A stretch of 61,821 bases of DNA, counting the filler, from Archaeoglobus sp. JdFR-37 (GTDB taxonomy: Archaea > Halobacteriota > Archaeoglobi > Archaeoglobales > Archaeoglobaceae), in the NCBI GenBank assembly GCA_002010215.1. It is 3 parts of 3 records of this genome, joined end to end, with 100 filler letters (N's around TTAATTAATTAA, not from the genome) between each part and the next. Parts side by side here need not be neighbours in the genome. Positions count along the whole stretch, not along the records: positions 20,820 to 41,522 come from MTMY01000009.1; 2 more parts are not named here. One strand, written 5' to 3'. The notes under the pieces were generated by a model, which saw nothing but the letters and a program-made list of their open reading frames with translations, was not told where the DNA came from and did not search any database. Below, piece by piece: positions 29,214 through 37,685 of the stretch. Position numbers and translations under genes: made by a program. How positions within the stretch are numbered: position 1 is the stretch's first letter; the number at the start of each line of letters is the position of its first letter.

Positions 29214-30395
29214 TCAGATAAACAGATCCTCCTCTCCCATAGCCTCAATCATCGCTTCCACTCTCGTCCTGAACTGTCCCACTGGTTGAGTGAGGTCGAG
29301 CTCTAGGTGAAGATGGGTGACGCCCATATTGTCAAGCATCTCCCTCAAAGCAGGGATGTCCAGCTCGTGGGGATCGCAGAACTTCATCTGAGCAATTATG
29401 ACTGCATCAACATTGTAGTCTTTGATAACCTCCTCTATGAACTGGAATCTTCGCCTTCCGAAGAAATCTCCTCTGGCCCAGTCTTTTGCCGGGCATGGGA
29501 CTCTATAGACATACCTTTTTGCCAGAGCCATCAGCCTGTCATCTCCATTCTCCACAAGACCCCAGAAGTATCTTGCTCCGGTGCAGTTCTCCTCGAAAAC
29601 GAATGTTGCAGGATAATTCATCCCGTATTCAATGAGCTCGAAAAGCTCCTTGTCGTAATCCTCACTTCCAATAAGCATGAGGCGTGTGCCAATTTCTCTA
29701 TCATTCTCCACATCCTGCAACTCTTCCACAAAACCCTCCAACACTTCATTATGCTCTGCCTTGTCAACCACTTGTGAAGAAACAACCATGTACATGGCGT
29801 GCAACCCAGTTATGGGTGGGTTGTCTGCCTTCCTCATTTCAAATACCTTTGTCATTAGCTCTCTATTCTTGTTGTATACTTCAATAGCTCTGTCAAGGTC
29901 TCTGTCAGTTATGGTTACTCCCAGCCAGTCCTCAACAGCGGCCTTAAAATTCTCAAACTCATGCTTTGCAAAATCAGCAGCATAAGGATTGGTAACACCG
30001 TGGGGGAAGGGCAGATAGTAATCCCACTCTATATTTGGGACTCTGTCAACAAAGCTGAAGTAGGACTGCCTCATGTGTAAACATGACTGGGCAAGTGTAA
30101 CACCATCAAGGTAATCGTATCTTCCTTCCAGTCCTTGGGCAAGGGTGTCGTGACAGAAGGGGCAATACATGTCGTGCAGATACGGGCGTGTGATGCTCTC
30201 AGGCTCATGGGAGCCCAGAATTCTTACGGGCAGCACACCGGCAGCGTAGAGTATCTCCTCTGGAACATAGGTGCAGTAGTAGCCCACCACTTTTCCGCCA
30301 GTTTTCTTCTTCCATTTCTTGGCATACTCATGCCTGTTATCGAACCATTCCTTGAACTGCTTAAGCTGAGCTAAATCATCCACATTCTTTCCCAT
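29214..30395 (-). CDS. bzdN: Class I benzoyl-CoA reductase subunit N
   Basis: RHEYAKKWK, CTYVPEE, MYCPFCHD.LAQGL, VPCPAKDW and KFCDPHELD. Confidence 0.9.
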   Translation of the reverse strand: MGKNVDDLAQLKQFKEWFDNRHEYAKKWKKKTGGKVVGYYCTYVPEEILYAAGVLPVRILGSHEPESITRPYLHDMYCPFCHDTLAQGLEGRYDYLDGVTLAQSCLHMRQSYFSFVDRVPNIEWDYYLPFPHGVTNPYAADFAKHEFENFKAAVEDWLGVTITDRDLDRAIEVYNKNRELMTKVFEMRKADNPPITGLHAMYMVVSSQVVDKAEHNEVLEGFVEELQDVENDREIGTRLMLIGSEDYDKELFELIEYGMNYPATFVFEENCTGARYFWGLVENGDDRLMALAKRYVYRVPCPAKDWARGDFFGRRRFQFIEEVIKDYNVDAVIIAQMKFCDPHELDIPALREMLDNMGVTHLHLELDLTQPVGQFRTRVEAMIEAMGEEDLFI

Positions 30396-30459
30396 TTGTC
30401 CACCTCCAGCGTCATGTTGTCAAGTTTTAACCCCTTGTTAAAGAAGTTGCGTAAAATTA

Positions 30460-30475
30460 GTATAAAAAGTTTTCT
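30460..30475 (-). promoter_or_regulatory. BRE/TATA promoter of the bzdNOPQ operon
   Basis: Minus strand reads AGAAAACTTTTTATAC about 65 nt upstream of the bzdN ATG. Confidence 0.55.
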
Positions 30476-30506
30476 GAAATCTGGTTATAAGAGATGGTCT
30501 AACACT

Positions 30507-31055
30507 TTACATTGTTTCAGACGACCTTAAAAGGTCTTCCAGAAGCTTCTCATCGAACTTGAATTTCAGTATTCTGTAAATTATCAGTAGGTTCAGATCC
30601 TGTATTACCTCGCCATGCCTCTTCAGGAAATTGTGAACCCATTTCGACACCTCTTGGAAGCTCCTGAATACCATTATGAACTTCCAGCGATGAGTGCCGT
30701 CTGTGATGAAGAATAGCATTACATTGGGGGAGTTTATCAGGTATTCGTAGGTTTCTCGCCAGTGCTCGGCGAAGTTCTGGTTGTTGAAGCTCAGTTCCAA
30801 GAAAGAGAAGATGAAGTAGTTCTCGTTGGGTATCACGGTCTCTCTGAACACCTCGGTCTCCTTCATCTCCTTGATTATCTCTGCAATTCTGGCATGGCTA
30901 AGTGTTATCCCGTATTTGTCCTTGAGAATCTCGCTGAGCTTTCTTGTTGTTATATTCGGGTCCTCGATTTTTTCACGGAGAATTGCTATTCTTGTCTTGT
31001 CAAGCCTTACAATCGGCGTCCTTAGATCGAAGTCCATGGGAATGTGTAAGTACAA
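30507..31055 (-). CDS. Lrp/AsnC-like transcriptional regulator
   Basis: N-terminal HTH (LDKTRIAILR...LSHARIAEIIKEM) and a RAM-like C-terminal domain; true start probably at MDFDLR. Confidence 0.7.
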   Translation of the reverse strand: MYLHIPMDFDLRTPIVRLDKTRIAILREKIEDPNITTRKLSEILKDKYGITLSHARIAEIIKEMKETEVFRETVIPNENYFIFSFLELSFNNQNFAEHWRETYEYLINSPNVMLFFITDGTHRWKFIMVFRSFQEVSKWVHNFLKRHGEVIQDLNLLIIYRILKFKFDEKLLEDLLRSSETM

Positions 31056-31161
31056 TATCTTATATAATACCTACGATGTATGATTTTATTAATAAATCAT
31101 GTGAGCAGAGTGAGGTGGATGTGAAGCAAGGTTTTTTCAATCACATCCTCAAGTCACCACA

Positions 31162-32007
31162 ATGGAAGTGCTGCTTGGCGCCATGCTTGCTCTGCTGGCC
31201 TCTTTTTTCTGGGGTCTCAACGGCATATTTGTCAGGAAGGCGCTGCTGGGTATCAATCCCATTGCCGGAACCCTTGCAATCCTGACAGTCAACACCCTCT
31301 GGTTGCTGTTGCTGGTAGTTCTGGATGGCACCCTCTCAAACCCACCGGATTTAACAGTCACATCAATCCTGCTCCTTGCAATTGCAGGATTAATCCAGCA
31401 GTTTATGGGCAGAACACTGACATATTCATCTGTTGCTATCATCGGCTCGTCCCGGGCGTATTCGGGGACATCCACCCGAATCTTCTTCTCAGCACTGCTT
31501 GGCGTACTTCTGCTTGGCGAAACCATAACAGCATTGCTAGTTCTTGGCAGTGCACTAATGATGGTGGGGTTGTATACGCTATCATCGGAGAAAATAGACG
31601 GAAGGGGGCTGGCTTTATCAGTTTTAGCTGGCTTTGCCTATGGCCTGGCGGCAATATTCATAAAAGCCGGAATGCTGGAAAGCGTGTCGTTAAGCAACCT
31701 GATATCCCTGATTTCAGGAATTGCTGCCCTGAGCATTTTCGTCAGGGCAAAGGGGATTAAAGTGGAAAGAAAATTCTCACCATACTTACTGGCTTCTGGA
31801 ACCGTGCTGTTTACAGGAACCTATCTCTACTTCCTCTCCCTCAGCATGACTCCTGTTGTGGTGGCTGTCCCCCTCTCCAACCTCTATCCTGTCTTTGCAA
31901 CCCTGCTCTCCTACTTCTTCATCCAGTCCTTGGAAGGAATAACCGGGAAGACTGTGGCAGGAGTTCTTCTGACAGTGTCAGGTGCTATTCTCATCATTCT
32001 GGGTTAA
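31162..32007 (+). CDS. EamA/DMT family transporter
   Basis: About 10 TM segments arranged as two EamA repeats. Confidence 0.85.
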   Translation: MEVLLGAMLALLASFFWGLNGIFVRKALLGINPIAGTLAILTVNTLWLLLLVVLDGTLSNPPDLTVTSILLLAIAGLIQQFMGRTLTYSSVAIIGSSRAYSGTSTRIFFSALLGVLLLGETITALLVLGSALMMVGLYTLSSEKIDGRGLALSVLAGFAYGLAAIFIKAGMLESVSLSNLISLISGIAALSIFVRAKGIKVERKFSPYLLASGTVLFTGTYLYFLSLSMTPVVVAVPLSNLYPVFATLLSYFFIQSLEGITGKTVAGVLLTVSGAILIILG

Positions 32008-32232
32008 TTCCTCATCCCCAAAATTGTCTTCTCCTCCCTTTTCCCGTATCCATATTTCTACGTAGCCGCCAGCCAGATAGCAAACGTTACACTCAGAATT
32101 GCAGGTGGAAGCGTCAACCACCCTAACATCGTAACCCATGGACTGGTACAGCTCCACGTACTCTTCAGCTCTCTCCTTTTCAACAGTAAAGGCCTTTTTC
32201 CATCCTTTTTCAGCGGATTCAATCCCTTCCAT
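31978..32232 (-). CDS. Small hypothetical protein with a CxxxCxxC motif
   Basis: GWKKAFTVEKERAEEYVELYQSMGYDVRV...CNSECNVC; co-oriented 12 nt after the ferredoxin. Confidence 0.65.
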   Translation of the reverse strand: MEGIESAEKGWKKAFTVEKERAEEYVELYQSMGYDVRVVDASTCNSECNVCYLAGGYVEIWIREKGGEDNFGDEELTQNDENST

Positions 32233-32244
32233 ATCTCCTATACC

Positions 32245-32559
32245 TCACCATGAGTGAGCTATGGCTCCCTTTGGACAAGCAGCCACGCACGGCAGTTTTT
32301 CAATATCCCAACCGGATGCAGGCTTGCATGGTGCGCAGCTGAACCGGAGCTTGTTCCTGTGGTCTTCCCTCACCTTTGCAACGGGCTCCTCCCTGAAGGG
32401 ATCTATCTCATCCTCCCCAACTTCAAAAACTCCACTTGGGCAGGCTTCAACGCATTTTGGACTGTCAGCATTAACGCAGCCGTTGCATTTCTCGGTGTCT
32501 ATGCTTATGTAGTATACCCCTGAGCCATCCTTATATCCGTACTGCGCAATCATATTCAT
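32245..32559 (-). CDS. Ferredoxin of the benzoyl-CoA reductase-associated (BzdM-like) type
   Basis: MIAQYGYKDGSGVYYISIDTEKCNGC...CVEACP...CAPCKP...CVAACP..AIAHSW. Confidence 0.75.
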   Translation of the reverse strand: MNMIAQYGYKDGSGVYYISIDTEKCNGCVNADSPKCVEACPSGVFEVGEDEIDPFREEPVAKVREDHRNKLRFSCAPCKPASGWDIEKLPCVAACPKGAIAHSW

Positions 32560-32576
32560 AACTTTACATTGTAAAA
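32560..32576. promoter_or_regulatory. Palindromic operator candidate TTTACA-T-TGTAAA
   Basis: Lies between the TATA box and start of the ferredoxin gene; 16/17 identical to 35712-35728. Confidence 0.55.
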
Positions 32577-32676
32577 TTTAAAGGTTTCCACATTTACCGT
32601 TGTAATTCAGTTGCCAGACTTTCGTGAGTTGCGTAGATTAACAAACTCCCCCAAACCATTTTCTAATAATCTTTTC

Positions 32677-32707
32677 AGCCCGCCCACCCGTCCCCAAGCT
32701 TCATACT
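32677..32707 (+). repeat. 31-bp direct repeat, copy 1
   Basis: AGCCCGCCCACCCGTCCCCAAGCTTCATACT; 30/31 identical to 35350-35380. Confidence 0.85.
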
Positions 32708-32983
32708 GGACAAGTAATACTTCAAATGTATATAGATTAACTTAGGCAGGACAGAAAGATAAAATAAAGGAGATAGTTTTTAGAAACCATCACTCAAATA
32801 TTATTCAGGCTGTACAACTGAAACAGAGCCTAATTACGGTTTAGTTTGAAGTTGTCATGAGTAGCCGTGACAGGGCAATAACATCGAACAAAAGAAGATA
32901 CAGTAAAGCTTCCGACAGATATGTTTTAACATCGGTCTTATGCTATCAATCCGTGATGGTGCCTCATCAGAGCCATTATTTAT

Positions 32984-33406
32984 TTGGATGCAAGAAAAAA
33001 AGGTAGAAATAAATATTTCTGGACTCTTACAGTCATTTTTGGGTTACTAATGGGGTTTATTTCCGGGTTACTAATAATACTGATTTATTTGTTGTATCCA
33101 GATTATAGAAAGGATTTCAACGAAACAAATCACGGTGAAAGCGGAGACAAAGATAATAAAAGAACACACCTGTCAAATTCAGAATTGGAGGGGGTTCTGA
33201 AAATCTTCAATGAAAATGAAAGGAGAGTGCTTGAAGTTTTAATGAACGCGAATGATATATCGCAAAACGAAATTGCGGCAAAAACTGGACTGAGTTCACC
33301 CACAATTTCAAGGATACTAAATAAACTAGAGAATAAAGGCATCATAATAAGATATAGGGATGGAATGTCTAAAAAAGTAAAATTGAAGGATGACCTCTTC
33401 AAATGA
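32984..33406 (+). CDS. Membrane-anchored winged-helix protein (possibly 5'-truncated)
   Basis: One N-terminal TM segment and a wHTH (ENERRVLEVL...ISQNEIAAKTGLSSPTISRILNKLENKGII); AT-rich; TTG start. Confidence 0.7.
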   Translation: MDARKKGRNKYFWTLTVIFGLLMGFISGLLIILIYLLYPDYRKDFNETNHGESGDKDNKRTHLSNSELEGVLKIFNENERRVLEVLMNANDISQNEIAAKTGLSSPTISRILNKLENKGIIIRYRDGMSKKVKLKDDLFK

Positions 33407-33447
33407 AATACAAAGTACCAAGCTTTGTTTCTAAAGTTTGTTAGCAA

Positions 33448-33927
33448 TCAGGGAATCTCCAGCTCCAGATTCAGCATAGTGCTTGAGGGTCTAAAGCCAG
33501 CCCCTCTGAAAAAGTCCACAAGTTGCCAGTTATCCCACTCAACCATGGTGAAGATTTTTGTGACGCCAGCGGCCTTTGCATTGGTGACGAATTGATCAAA
33601 CAACTCCTTACCTATCCCTCTGCCGGCAAACTGTCTGTCAACACCAATAGTGGTAAGATACGCAACGCTTTCAGGGATTCCAAACTCTCCAGAAAATATG
33701 ACTCCAGCTATGAATCCAACAACTTTACCGCCATATTCAGCAGCCAGAGAAGTGACAATAGCGTATTCTGATTCGAGAATTTCCCTCATCAACCTCTTAT
33801 AATATTCTTCTCTCCTGACCCCAGTATATTCGGCATCTATTCTTATCACATCTTCGAGGTCCTCCTTTCGGAGGGGTCTTATAATCAACTTTTCCTGCGC
33901 CAAGGCCATACTATCACCATTTAACAT
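33448..33927 (-). CDS. GNAT family N-acetyltransferase
   Basis: IRPLRKEDL, TIGVDRQFAGRGIGKELF and FFRGAGF. Confidence 0.88.
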   Translation of the reverse strand: MLNGDSMALAQEKLIIRPLRKEDLEDVIRIDAEYTGVRREEYYKRLMREILESEYAIVTSLAAEYGGKVVGFIAGVIFSGEFGIPESVAYLTTIGVDRQFAGRGIGKELFDQFVTNAKAAGVTKIFTMVEWDNWQLVDFFRGAGFRPSSTMLNLELEIP

Positions 33928-34069
33928 TATAAAACTGAGACCACTTATATTTTTTGCTTATTTTCAGAAATTGGCGAAAATCTCAACGAATTATGAGGAA
34001 TTGAAGGCTGTACTGTCTGTTTTAAAAACTATTCCCGAAAGGAATATATTTCCTTAAAATTTATCACTA

Positions 34070-35233
34070 TTGATGATTTGGAAAAACCGTCACTGGACAG
34101 TTGTTTTCATCGGAATGTTGAGTATATTCGTTGGCCTTGGTCTCGCCAGATTTGGCTACACTCCGATTCTGGAGCCCATGCGAGACGCTTTACAGCTCAC
34201 ATACACTCATATGGGTATGATCGCCTCCGCTAACTTTCTTGGTTACGTTGCTCTTTCACCTTTTGTGGGCTATTTCGCATCGAAGTACGGCTCAAAGAGG
34301 GTTGCAGCCGTATCTCTCTTCTTCACAAGCATTACAATGATTCTTACGGGCTTCGTCAACTCATTTGTTCAGGCTGCATTTCTGAGGTTTCTGACCGGAG
34401 CGGGCTCTGCGGGGGTCAACGTATCCATCGTGGGCCTCGCCTCTAAATGGTTTGGAGTGGAACGAAGAGGTCTGGCTCTTGGTGTCATCAATGCCGGGTC
34501 AAGCGTTGGAATAATAACCGTGGGCTTCGCCATCCCTGCAATAGTTGCCAGCTTTCCTGAAGGCTGGAGAATAGGCTGGCTTTTCATGGGAGTTGTTGGA
34601 CTGATTGTCACGATTCTCTCCCTTTTCCTAAAAGAATCTCCAGAAAAAGCTGTATCCAGTGCTGGGGTGCTTGGCATCACAGCAGTCTATCGCTCTTCAG
34701 CCCTCTTAAAACTGGGTCTGGTTTACACCCTTTTTGGCCTCTCCTACATAATTTTCGCTACTTTTTACGCATCACATCTGGTAAATCTCGGCTTTGATAT
34801 TGCCATGGCCGGCTATTTCTGGTCATTTGTGGGATTTTTCTCAATTTTCAGCACAACATTCTGGGGAGCAGTTTCTGATAGAATAGGGAGACAGAAGGGG
34901 TTAGCGATTGTTTATTTTCTCCTAGGTACATCAATTCTGGTTTTTGGACTATCAAGCTCCTTGCCAGGCATACTGTTGGGGACAGTAATGGCCGGAGCAG
35001 TCATCTTCGCCATCCCATCCATCGTTCAGGCTTACTGCGGGGATATTGCCGGTGGAGAAGCTGCAGCTGCAGCCATTGGATTTGTAACGCTCTTTTTCGG
35101 CGTAGGACAGATGATTGGTCCAAGCATCGGTGGGTACCTCGCTGATCTGACCGGAAACTTCGTTGTAACCCTTAGCTTTGCGGGAGTTACAGCCATCACA
35201 GGCAGTGTTCTGACGCTTCTGAGGAGTGATTAG
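34070..35233 (+). CDS. MFS transporter (YbfB/YjiJ-like)
   Basis: GLARFGYTPIL, about 12 TM segments and WGAVSDRIGR (motif A). Confidence 0.88.
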   Translation: MMIWKNRHWTVVFIGMLSIFVGLGLARFGYTPILEPMRDALQLTYTHMGMIASANFLGYVALSPFVGYFASKYGSKRVAAVSLFFTSITMILTGFVNSFVQAAFLRFLTGAGSAGVNVSIVGLASKWFGVERRGLALGVINAGSSVGIITVGFAIPAIVASFPEGWRIGWLFMGVVGLIVTILSLFLKESPEKAVSSAGVLGITAVYRSSALLKLGLVYTLFGLSYIIFATFYASHLVNLGFDIAMAGYFWSFVGFFSIFSTTFWGAVSDRIGRQKGLAIVYFLLGTSILVFGLSSSLPGILLGTVMAGAVIFAIPSIVQAYCGDIAGGEAAAAAIGFVTLFFGVGQMIGPSIGGYLADLTGNFVVTLSFAGVTAITGSVLTLLRSD

Positions 35234-35349
35234 TCAGTAAACGATGTTGATATTTATATACAACTAAAATGTATAGATTTGTGGATACTGGGTTATACAA
35301 CTGAGTCTTAATAATGTCTTTATAAAAGCTATTTTTATTTACTTCTTTT

Positions 35350-35380
35350 AGCCCACCCACCCGTCCCCAAGCTTCATACT
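35350..35380 (+). repeat. 31-bp direct repeat, copy 2
   Basis: AGCCCACCCACCCGTCCCCAAGCTTCATACT. Confidence 0.85.
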
Positions 35381-35711
35381 AACAGCAATACTAATACTCT
35401 AATTGTGTTAAATTCAATAAAATGAAGCTAACGGGATGGAGAAGGGGTTGAGTAGGCGGGATTAAAAATAATAATAGAACAGTTAAACGTTTGTCTTTTC
35501 CGGCAGCTATGCAAAAACTATAATAATTGAATTATCCGATAGAAAATGGTTTTCTCCTCTTCAGAAGAGATGAGAAAGTACAAGACTGGGAAGAACTGAT
35601 TTCGAGGCTTCAACAATTTCAAAAAAAGGTACAGGAGGGAAGCTTGGAATTTAATAGCAATTTTGCATTCACCCTTTCACTCATTTGAACATGTACAATA
35701 TTGGAACCCAA

Positions 35712-35728
35712 AACTTTACTTTGTAAAA
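35712..35728. promoter_or_regulatory. Palindromic operator candidate TTTAC-TTT-GTAAA
   Basis: Immediately upstream of the TTTAAATA TATA box of the hydratase gene. Confidence 0.55.
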
Positions 35729-35777
35729 CTCCTTTAAATAGCAATTCTTAAATATGTAGTGGGAAGAAAAGAACAGT

Positions 35778-36539
35778 ATGGGGTTCGAAAAGATAGGATA
35801 TCAGGTTGAGGAGGGGGCTGCATGGATTAAGCTTGCCAGCCCACCACTTAACGTTGTGGACTTGAAAATGATGAGGGAGCTGATTGAAGCCGTTGAGAAA
35901 GCTGAAGAAGAGGCGGATGTTGTGGTAATCGGAAGTGAAGGCAAACACTTCAGTGCTGGGGCTGAGATAAAGGAACACTTCCCAGATAAAGCTCCAGAGC
36001 TTATTTCCACTTTTACCGAGTTGATTGGTAAAATACTCAGATGTGAGAAGGTTACGGTAGCTGCGGTTAAAGGCTATGCTCTAGGTGGTGGCTTCGAAAT
36101 CCCTCTTGCATGCGATATTATTCTTGCCTCCCAGAACGCAAAGATGGGTGTGCCTGAAATAACTCTTTCCCACTATCCTCCTATAGCCATTGCTCTATTA
36201 CCGAGAATGGTGGGGTGGAAGAACGCCTATGATATAATTCTGACGGGTGAGGCAGTGGATGCAAACAGAGCTAGGGAGATGGGGATAGTCAGCAGAGTTT
36301 TCAGCGATGATACCTTTGATGAAGACGTGAAGAAGTACGTTAAGGGCTTGCTGGAGAAGAGTCCGGCGGCACTCAGAATTACAAAAAAGGCGATTAAGGC
36401 TTCTATCTCCTTACCATTTGACTCTCTGACGGATATAATCAATGACATATATCTCTCTCAGCTCATAAAGACTGAAGATGCTGTTGAAGGACTGAATGCA
36501 TTTCTGGAGAAAAGAAAGCCGGTGTGGAAGAGTAGGTAA
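35778..36539 (+). CDS. Enoyl-CoA hydratase, probable cyclohexa-1,5-diene-1-carbonyl-CoA hydratase (Dch/BzdW-like)
   Basis: Crotonase motifs HFSAGAEIKEH, ALGGGFE, PEI and EGLNAFLEKRKP; bzd context. Confidence 0.75.
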   Translation: MGFEKIGYQVEEGAAWIKLASPPLNVVDLKMMRELIEAVEKAEEEADVVVIGSEGKHFSAGAEIKEHFPDKAPELISTFTELIGKILRCEKVTVAAVKGYALGGGFEIPLACDIILASQNAKMGVPEITLSHYPPIAIALLPRMVGWKNAYDIILTGEAVDANRAREMGIVSRVFSDDTFDEDVKKYVKGLLEKSPAALRITKKAIKASISLPFDSLTDIINDIYLSQLIKTEDAVEGLNAFLEKRKPVWKSR

Positions 36540-36652
36540 CCCACCATCTCTTTTTATTAGGTCAGATTGGAATCCCCGGATTTCAAAAATCTGATTTCAC
36601 ATTAGCTTTAAGCTTTAACAATGTTTTTTAAAGGTTAAGACAATCTGATACC

Positions 36653-37678
36653 ATGAGAGTTTCGGTCCTTGGTGCCGGAGCCATGGGTTCGGCTTTGACA
36701 GTCCCATTGACTGACAATGGCAACGAAGTCCTGCTGTGGGGAACTGAATACGATTTGGAAATACTGAAGGCTGTGGAGAGGGGAGATAAGCATCCCAGAA
36801 TTGGTGTGCCACTTCCGGATGTGGAAATACTCTACCCTGAGCAGCTGAACGATGCGCTCGATACGGATATAATATTATTGGCTGTAAGCACTGATGGTGT
36901 TTTCCCAACTTTCGCAAAAATAAAGGACAGGATTGGGGACTCGATACTCATAACAATATCCAAAGGTCTGCTGGACGTGAATGGGAGAATAGTGACGATT
37001 CCAGAAGCCATATGGATGGAAAAGGAAGATTTGAAGGAGAAGACGGTTGCTATAACTGGTCCATCTATAGCGAGAGAAGTGGCCAAGAGAATGCCTACAA
37101 GAGTGGTATTCAGTAGCGTTGATGGAGCGGCTGCAAAAGAGGCTGCGAAGGTATTCAGAACCAAATACTATGGTGTGGAAATCACAGATGACATAAGGGG
37201 AGCTGAAATCACTTCAGCCCTGAAGAATGTCTATTCTATTGGAATAGCTTGGATTAGAGGACATGAAGAGCTACATGGTGGTATTGAGATGAGCAACGCT
37301 AAAGGTGTTATTGCAGCCATGGCCATAAGTGAGATCGGGCATTTCGTGGAGGATGCTGGTGGAAGGAAAGAGACAGTTTTTGGCCTCTCAGGCTTTGGTG
37401 ACCTCATTGCCACATTCAGGGGTGGAAGAAATGGAATGCTGGGCGAATTGCTCGGAAAAGGTCTGACAACTGAACAGGCTCTAGAAGAGCTACGTCGAAG
37501 AGGTGTGGGAGTTGTTGAAGGATATGGAACAGCTAAAAGAGCATACAAATTGCTGAAAACCCTTGAAAGTCAGGGAAGAGCATCACTGGATGACTTTCCT
37601 CTTCTGACAGCAATATATGATGTCTTGTACAATGGAAAAATGGTAAAGGAAGTTCTTGAAAGGCTGATTACTGGATAA
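36653..37678 (+). CDS. gpsA: NAD(P)H-dependent glycerol-3-phosphate dehydrogenase
   Basis: GAGAMG, ISKG, TGPSIAREV, ALKNVY, GFGDLIAT..GRN and VEG. Confidence 0.88.
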   Translation: MRVSVLGAGAMGSALTVPLTDNGNEVLLWGTEYDLEILKAVERGDKHPRIGVPLPDVEILYPEQLNDALDTDIILLAVSTDGVFPTFAKIKDRIGDSILITISKGLLDVNGRIVTIPEAIWMEKEDLKEKTVAITGPSIAREVAKRMPTRVVFSSVDGAAAKEAAKVFRTKYYGVEITDDIRGAEITSALKNVYSIGIAWIRGHEELHGGIEMSNAKGVIAAMAISEIGHFVEDAGGRKETVFGLSGFGDLIATFRGGRNGMLGELLGKGLTTEQALEELRRRGVGVVEGYGTAKRAYKLLKTLESQGRASLDDFPLLTAIYDVLYNGKMVKEVLERLITG

Positions 37679-37685
37679 CCGCTGA

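Noticed and set aside
32677..35380. 31-bp repeats as a CRISPR array
   Set aside because: Only two copies, 2.6 kb apart, with no spacer periodicity and no cas genes.
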